Assembly: GCA_002779075.1 (NCBI GenBank)
Contig: PEXK01000013.1
Location: 1 to 11,638 of the forward strand
Length of the DNA stretch: 11,638 nt
From: Candidatus Diapherotrites archaeon CG08_land_8_20_14_0_20_30_16
GTDB lineage: Archaea > Iainarchaeota > Iainarchaeia > Iainarchaeales > 0-14-0-20-30-16
Direction: 5' to 3'
Shown: piece by piece, positions 7,481-11,638 of the stretch
Layout of the letters: every line of letters starts with the position of its first letter
Numbering within the stretch: position 1 is the first letter of the stretch
Notes under the pieces: generated by a model
Seen by the model: only the letters and a program-made list of their open reading frames with translations
What the model was told of the DNA's origin: nothing
Database searches by the model: none
Position numbers and translations under genes: made by a program

Positions 7481-8143
7481 ATGAATAAAAATGCATTATT
7501 GTTAAGCACAGATAAAATCAAAAACCGGATTTATACTCTTCGAAATCTGCAAGTAATGTTAGATTCTGATTTGGCAATATTATACAATGTTCTTACTAAA
7601 AATTTAAATAAGGCCGTAAAAAGAAATATTGATAGATTCCCAGAACAGTTTATGTTCCAATTAAATAACCAAGAATTTGAAGACTTGAAGTTCCAATTTG
7701 GAACATCAAGTTGGGGGGGCACAAGAAAATTACCCTTTGCTTTTACAGAGCAAGGCGTAGCTATGCTTTCAGGGGTATTAAAAAGTGAAACTGCTGTAAA
7801 AGTTAGCATACAGATAATGGATGCATTTGTTTCTATGAGAAAATTTATTAACTCAAATGCGTTGATTTTCCAAAGATTAGATAAAGTAGAAATTAAACAA
7901 TTAGAACATGATAGAAAGTTTAATGAAATATTTGATGCAATACAAAGCAAGGATATTAAGCCAGAAAAAGGAATATTTTTTGATGGCCAAATTTTTGATG
8001 CCTATAAGTTTGTTTCTGATTTAATTAAAACTTCAAAAAAATCTATAATTTTAATAGATAATTATATTGATGATTCTGTTTTAACACTATTTAGTAAAAG
8101 AAATAAAAATGTGAAAGTAACAATATACACAAAAACCATTTAA
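7481..8143 (+). CDS. ORF6N domain protein (KilA-N-related putative DNA-binding protein), apparently C-terminally truncated
   Basis: The translation carries the ORF6N signature: IYTLRNLQVMLDSDLAILYNV...LNKAVKRNIDRFPEQFMFQL...TSSWGGTRKLPFAFTEQGVAMLSGVLKSETAVKVSIQIMDAFV. A coiled-coil-like LDKVEIKQLEHDRKFNEIFDAI follows, then the start of a second conserved module, GIFFDGQIFDAYKFVSDLIKTSKKSIILIDNYIDDSVLTLFSKR. The ORF ends at TAA 8141-8143, with a second in-frame TAA four codons later. Confidence 0.9.
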   Translation: MNKNALLLSTDKIKNRIYTLRNLQVMLDSDLAILYNVLTKNLNKAVKRNIDRFPEQFMFQLNNQEFEDLKFQFGTSSWGGTRKLPFAFTEQGVAMLSGVLKSETAVKVSIQIMDAFVSMRKFINSNALIFQRLDKVEIKQLEHDRKFNEIFDAIQSKDIKPEKGIFFDGQIFDAYKFVSDLIKTSKKSIILIDNYIDDSVLTLFSKRNKNVKVTIYTKTI

Positions 8144-8245
8144 GTTATTAAATAAGTTGGGATTGAAATGATAAATAAAGTAAAATTTAAGGAATTTGAA
8201 AAAATTTAGTCTAAAAAAAGTAGTTATGAGATACAAATCAATAAA

Positions 8246-8253
8246 TTTATATT
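8246..8253 (+). promoter_or_regulatory. Second copy of the TTTATATT TATA-like octamer, upstream of gene 3
   Basis: This is the same octamer as at 7447-7454 (the 9-mer ATTTATATT is shared). Its 3' end lies 32 nt before the ATG at 8286. The TSS it predicts would fall in or just after the SD-like element, so the two calls are partly in conflict. Confidence 0.3.
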
Positions 8254-8273
8254 AAGAAAAGGGTATATAGATT

Positions 8274-8280
8274 AGGAGTG
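8274..8280 (+). promoter_or_regulatory. Shine-Dalgarno-like AGGAGTG upstream of gene 3
   Basis: AGGAGTGA is complementary to the conserved 16S 3' tail (SD consensus GGAGGTGA, one G missing). GGAG ends 7 nt before the ATG at 8286. Confidence 0.5.
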
Positions 8281-8285
8281 AAATT

Positions 8286-11200
8286 ATGGAAGATAACATA
8301 AATTTAGATCAACAAAATATAGATATCCGAGAACCCACCAAAAATAAAGAACTAACTCTTAAAGATGGTTGGTATAAAAAATTGTCAGAGAAATATTATG
8401 CATTAGTTGATAAATTGCATTTGAGGGCAATAACAAATCCCCTTGACAAATTGTTTCCATCTATGTTTTTCTTTTTGATTTTGTTTTTAGTAATAATATT
8501 TGTTATAGTTTATTTTTCTGCATTTCACACTTCATTAAGCACTTATACTTTGCAGTTAACTGTTAATGGGGTGGCTTTGGACAAAACCTATTCAATTGTA
8601 TTGACTAGTACAGATAATGAAATAAATATTTTGGGCAAGACAAAAGATATTTCAGGAGTTGTGACGTTTGAATCCAAACAAAATATTAGTGTTAACGCCA
8701 AGATAAATATAGCTGGGTTTGAACCAATACAAAAACAATTCAAAACAGACAAAGAAAAGATAATTTTGGATTTAACACTTAAAGAAATTGAAGAACAAAA
8801 GTTAGAATCAAAGAAAAACATTTTTTCTTTTGCATTTTTCAATAAATTAGGTGCGTTAAATAAGAATGGGAACATCAAATTGAACTGTGACACTTATTCA
8901 CAGGAATTTCCTGTTGAAAACGGAATATTAGACAATATCGAAATCCCATGTACTGTTGTAAATGTTAATGCAACTGTTGATGGCTTACCAAATGTAAATC
9001 AAAACTGTAGCCCTATGTTATGTAAATTGATGTTTAGTGACACAATTTCCAACACTGAAATTAAAACAGAACAGATCCTGCCTAAAAATATATTGCTGGT
9101 TTATGTTACTTTCAAAGATGGAAATATTGCTAAAGGCATGACTGTTGAAGTTAGAAGAGATTCAGAAGGGCAGGAATTAATAGATTCTGATAAAACTAAA
9201 GATTTCGGATCTTATAAGATAGGTCTTATTTCAGGGATGTATTTAGTTATTATTTCAGATCCTTCTGGGAAATATGCATCGCAACAGCAAAAAGTAGAAA
9301 TACATGCTGGAAACCAAGAACCCCTATACTTTGTTTTAGATACTCCAGCAATAGGCGCGATAAATGTTAATTTCAATGTTGAAGACACAGCTATTTTAAT
9401 GGGCGTTTTGTATTTCAAAGACGTAAACAATAATATTTTAGAAACAAAACCTTTTGATACGAATCAACCTGTACAATTCCTAATAAAGGTTAAGGGGCAG
9501 TATAATTTGTCAGCATCTTTGAATACAGATTATGTTAATGATTATGTTTCAGAAGATGTTTCTACAGAGTATAACCAAGAGAGTGGCAATTTTGATGTTA
9601 ATTATCTAATAAGAAAAATAAATATTTTCACTGACCAGAATGTTGTTGTTCAGGTTATAGATTCAACAAATCAAAAACCAATTCCTTTTGCAAAAATCTT
9701 TTTCAGAGATTCACTGAACAATAATGCTTTTTTAACTTCTGTAGGGTTTGTAAATACAGATTCTAATGGTGTTTATTATAGAATACTGCCAAAAGGAAAT
9801 TATAGTGTAAATTTGAAACATGCACGTTTATCTGGCACACAGCTGTTTTCTGTTGATGAAACAAAATCACTCACATTAACTTCTAAGAATGTTTTGTTGA
9901 AAGTGGAATGGGGAAATACGCAAATCAATTTGTGTCTGTTTGATAATAAAAAGAAAGAACTTTATGATGCTTTTGTTGAAGTGTATAGCCAAGAGAGAGG
10001 CGGAGAAAACACTTTCTATATTACTAAAGAAAATAATTGTGCAATCACAACTGTAAAGAATTTAGAGAATATTTATTTGCATATTACAAAACCAGAATAT
10101 TACGAGCAGTATACCCAGACAATATTTTTGGATGGTGAAACAAAAATAATACCTGTATCAATTTATTTAACACCAACAATTGCAAATGGCCAGCAGAATT
10201 TTGAAAGCTCTTTTGCAGGAATTTTTGATGATGCTTTGTTGAAACAAGCCACAAAGAAACTAGATATCGATAAAGATTATTATTATGCTTTTAAAGTCAA
10301 AATTCCCAAATTCAAGGCATTAACTGAGAAACTTGTGAAATTTTATGGTGTTGCAGGAGATTTAAAAGATGAAAACTTTGATAAATCTAAGATGTTAACA
10401 TTTTGGGTATCTTCTTTAGGCAATGCTAAGTTATATAATGAATTTGATACAAAAAACATTTTGGCAAAGGATGTTCCTGTTTTAGAAATGGGCGAGGATT
10501 TTAAATTCGGGGCAAAGAGTTTTATTTTAGATTATCCTTTTCCAAAAGACAGTGAATCAGATGTTGAGATTTTGTTTGTTGTTTTAAATCATATTACAAA
10601 GTATGTTGATGTTAGTAAATCAGAAGGGGATCCAATAATTTTTAATTATTGGTTTGGCTTAGAATCAAACCCTGCACAGCAAAAAGATTTCAAAAAGGTA
10701 ATAAGGTATCCGGGCACACAAATGTGTGAAGAACCAATTTGTTTAGATGCTTATTTGAATGGTTCTCCTGTTAATGGTCCACAGGTTTCATCTCAAGGCT
10801 ATTTGTTTGCAAAGCTTTTCTTTGACAATGATGACAAGAATATTTCAATATACAACACATCAGAACAGGAGAAAGTGAAATCTTTAAATGATTTGAAAGA
10901 TTTGTATCTCTCATTTGATATTCCTGAGATTAACAAATTTAATCTTCACACAGTTGAGGGGGACATAACAACTGATGCTTTAGAATTAGGTCCTGTTTAT
11001 CTACCTAATGTAGAGATATCAAAAGTAAATTACCTGGATTTTAATGTTCATTATTCTTTATTGAACCCAAAAAACAGTAATATAATATTTAGAGCATTCA
11101 AAGATAATTTTTCAGATTCAAATTTTGAATTAGCATTGCAATTGATTGCTTATGAAAAAGGATATTTAACTGTAGACATATTGCCTGAAGAATATATTGT

Positions 11201-11638
11201 TCCTTTTGTTACAAATCCTGTTACTGTGAAAATATATGATGACAAGGGGATTCCTTGTATAAATGCAGAAGTAAGATATTATTCATATGAATCTGGAAAT
11301 TGGGTTTTGCAAGACAGTTATTTAACAAATCCCAATGGCGAAACTAATTTTGAAACTAGTCCAATAAGTATTGGTGACAAAATAAAAATTGTTGTGCTTA
11401 AAGAGGGTTTTGCACCATTTGAGAAAGAATTTAATGCAGATTTTGGTTTTTTTAAAGTCCCACCAAAACTAACTGCAAAGGTTACTTATCCTAAAGATGC
11501 AAACCCAGTTAATAAGGAAGTGGAGATAGAGAATAAATCTGGTTTGGGAATAAAGATTTTTAATTTAAAATACAGTTTAGCAAATACAAGCAAAGTATCT
11601 CCAGATGTGTTTAATCAATTAATTATTACAGAGAAGAT
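8286..11638 (+). CDS. 5' part (at least 1117 codons) of a second giant membrane-anchored beta-sandwich surface protein, paralog of gene 1; runs off the 3' end of the window
   Basis: It is not in the supplied ORF track because it has no stop codon. I read every codon in the frame where nt mod 3 = 0, from 8286 to 11636, and found no TAA, TAG or TGA. The nearest upstream in-frame stop is TAG 8268-8270, and 8286 is the first ATG after it. The translation begins MEDNINLDQQNIDIREPTKNKELTLKDGWYKKLSEKYYALVDKLHLRAITNPLDKLFPSMFFFLILFLVIIFVIVYFSAF. Its module order matches gene 1. Confidence 0.85.
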   Translation, partial: MEDNINLDQQNIDIREPTKNKELTLKDGWYKKLSEKYYALVDKLHLRAITNPLDKLFPSMFFFLILFLVIIFVIVYFSAFHTSLSTYTLQLTVNGVALDKTYSIVLTSTDNEINILGKTKDISGVVTFESKQNISVNAKINIAGFEPIQKQFKTDKEKIILDLTLKEIEEQKLESKKNIFSFAFFNKLGALNKNGNIKLNCDTYSQEFPVENGILDNIEIPCTVVNVNATVDGLPNVNQNCSPMLCKLMFSDTISNTEIKTEQILPKNILLVYVTFKDGNIAKGMTVEVRRDSEGQELIDSDKTKDFGSYKIGLISGMYLVIISDPSGKYASQQQKVEIHAGNQEPLYFVLDTPAIGAINVNFNVEDTAILMGVLYFKDVNNNILETKPFDTNQPVQFLIKVKGQYNLSASLNTDYVNDYVSEDVSTEYNQESGNFDVNYLIRKINIFTDQNVVVQVIDSTNQKPIPFAKIFFRDSLNNNAFLTSVGFVNTDSNGVYYRILPKGNYSVNLKHARLSGTQLFSVDETKSLTLTSKNVLLKVEWGNTQINLCLFDNKKKELYDAFVEVYSQERGGENTFYITKENNCAITTVKNLENIYLHITKPEYYEQYTQTIFLDGETKIIPVSIYLTPTIANGQQNFESSFAGIFDDALLKQATKKLDIDKDYYYAFKVKIPKFKALTEKLVKFYGVAGDLKDENFDKSKMLTFWVSSLGNAKLYNEFDTKNILAKDVPVLEMGEDFKFGAKSFILDYPFPKDSESDVEILFVVLNHITKYVDVSKSEGDPIIFNYWFGLESNPAQQKDFKKVIRYPGTQMCEEPICLDAYLNGSPVNGPQVSSQGYLFAKLFFDNDDKNISIYNTSEQEKVKSLNDLKDLYLSFDIPEINKFNLHTVEGDITTDALELGPVYLPNVEISKVNYLDFNVHYSLLNPKNSNIIFRAFKDNFSDSNFELALQLIAYEKGYLTVDILPEEYIVPFVTNPVTVKIYDDKGIPCINAEVRYYSYESGNWVLQDSYLTNPNGETNFETSPISIGDKIKIVVLKEGFAPFEKEFNADFGFFKVPPKLTAKVTYPKDANPVNKEVEIENKSGLGIKIFNLKYSLANTSKVSPDVFNQLIITEK
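8454..8525 (+). other. N-terminal transmembrane signal-anchor of gene 3 (aa 57-80)
   Basis: FPSMFFFLILFLVIIFVIVYFSAF is an uninterrupted hydrophobic run after a 56-aa polar tail. It sits in the same position, relative to the D-K-[VL]-[IF]-P-S motif, as the anchor of gene 1. Confidence 0.8.
9090..10175 (+). repeat. Four tandem CarboxypepD_reg-like beta-sandwich modules in gene 3 (protein-level repeat, aa 269-630)
   Basis: Units open with ILLVYVTFKDGNIAKGMTVEVRR, INVNFNVEDTAILMGVLYFKD, VVVQVIDSTNQKPIPFAKIFFRD and VLLKVEWGNTQINLCLFDNKKKELYDAFVEVYS. Unit 3 carries NTDSNGVYYRILPKGNYSVNLK. The array ends in ...VSIYLTP, as the gene 1 array ends in ...VNLELTP. Confidence 0.65.
11208..11444 (+). other. 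PEGA / CarboxypepD_reg-like module in gene 3
   Basis: VTNPVTVKIYDDKGIPCINAEVRYYSYESGNWVLQDSYLTNPNGETNFETSPISIGDKIKIVVLKEGFAPFEKEF. It is collinear with gene 1 at 2790-3113 (VQVLVEKEGYEGYSQKDF). Confidence 0.55.

Noticed and set aside
7713-7719. A G7 homopolymer inside ORF6N, in an otherwise AT-rich gene, as a possible slippage site.
   Set aside because: It encodes the conserved W-G-G of the S-S-W-G-G-T-R-K motif (TGG GGG GGC). Five of the seven G are forced by the amino acids, so the run is largely a coding constraint.
7531-7950. A 139-aa minus-strand ORF overlapping the ORF6N gene.
   Set aside because: The + strand frame carries an unmistakable conserved ORF6N signature. The antisense product is Ser/Asn/Leu/Phe-rich with no motif, so it is a shadow ORF.
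7461-8207. An inverted 9-mer, AAATTTTTT (7461-7469) and AAAAAATTT (8199-8207), each followed by AGT and flanking the ORF6N gene. It could be terminal inverted repeats.
   Set aside because: It is A/T-only and just 9 nt long in AT-rich spacers, so it is expected by chance. There is no transposase and no target-site duplication.
8168-8209. A 13-codon mini-ORF (MINKVKFKEFEKI) in the ORF6N-gene 3 spacer.
   Set aside because: It is too short and has no RBS. It is in the same frame as ORF6N, so it is better read, if anything, as debris of the lost ORF6N 3' end.
8588-9430. Two minus-strand ORFs (8588..8893, 101 aa; 9212..9430, 72 aa), the only track entries in this region.
   Set aside because: Both lie inside the unlisted + strand ORF of at least 1117 codons, which has coherent domain architecture. 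They are shadow ORFs.
42-11638. Diversity-generating retroelement target, CRISPR array, tRNA or other RNA gene, IS element or integrase, or an alternative genetic code.
   Set aside because: I saw no near-identical template/variable repeat pair, no reverse transcriptase, no spaced direct repeats, and no cloverleaf-like GC-rich segment. The long ORFs read cleanly in the standard code with TGG for Trp, ending in TAG and TAA.

Overview
The window is strongly AT-rich and holds three genes, all on the + strand.

(1) 42..7403 is one uninterrupted 2453-codon ORF for a giant membrane-anchored protein. It has a short cytoplasmic tail, an N-terminal TM anchor, and about 1480 aa of stacked beta-sandwich modules. 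These include four tandem carboxypeptidase-regulatory-like (CarboxypepD_reg-like) repeats and a PEGA-like module. An internal two-span hydrophobic hairpin follows, then an ~850 aa Cys-rich region that I cannot assign to any family.

(2) 7481..8143 encodes a 220 aa ORF6N (KilA-N-related) domain protein. It seems to stop inside its family's conserved C-terminal module.

(3) 8286..>11638 is an ORF absent from the supplied track because it has no stop in the window. I translated it codon by codon: 1117 codons, no stop. It is a deeply diverged but module-for-module collinear paralog of gene 1.

I saw no rRNA, tRNA, CRISPR array, transposase or integrase gene, or long nucleotide repeat.

The source is probably a small-genome, episymbiont-like lineage. 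TTTATATT boxes at archaeal TATA distance and tail-plus-TM anchored giant beta-sandwich proteins favour a DPANN-type archaeon. A CPR or other low-GC bacterium is not excluded, and I cannot run searches.

The main candidate novelty is the tandem pair of giant paralogous surface proteins. Its notable parts are the internal membrane hairpin, the unassigned Cys-rich distal region, and a decayed ORF6N gene wedged between the two paralogs.
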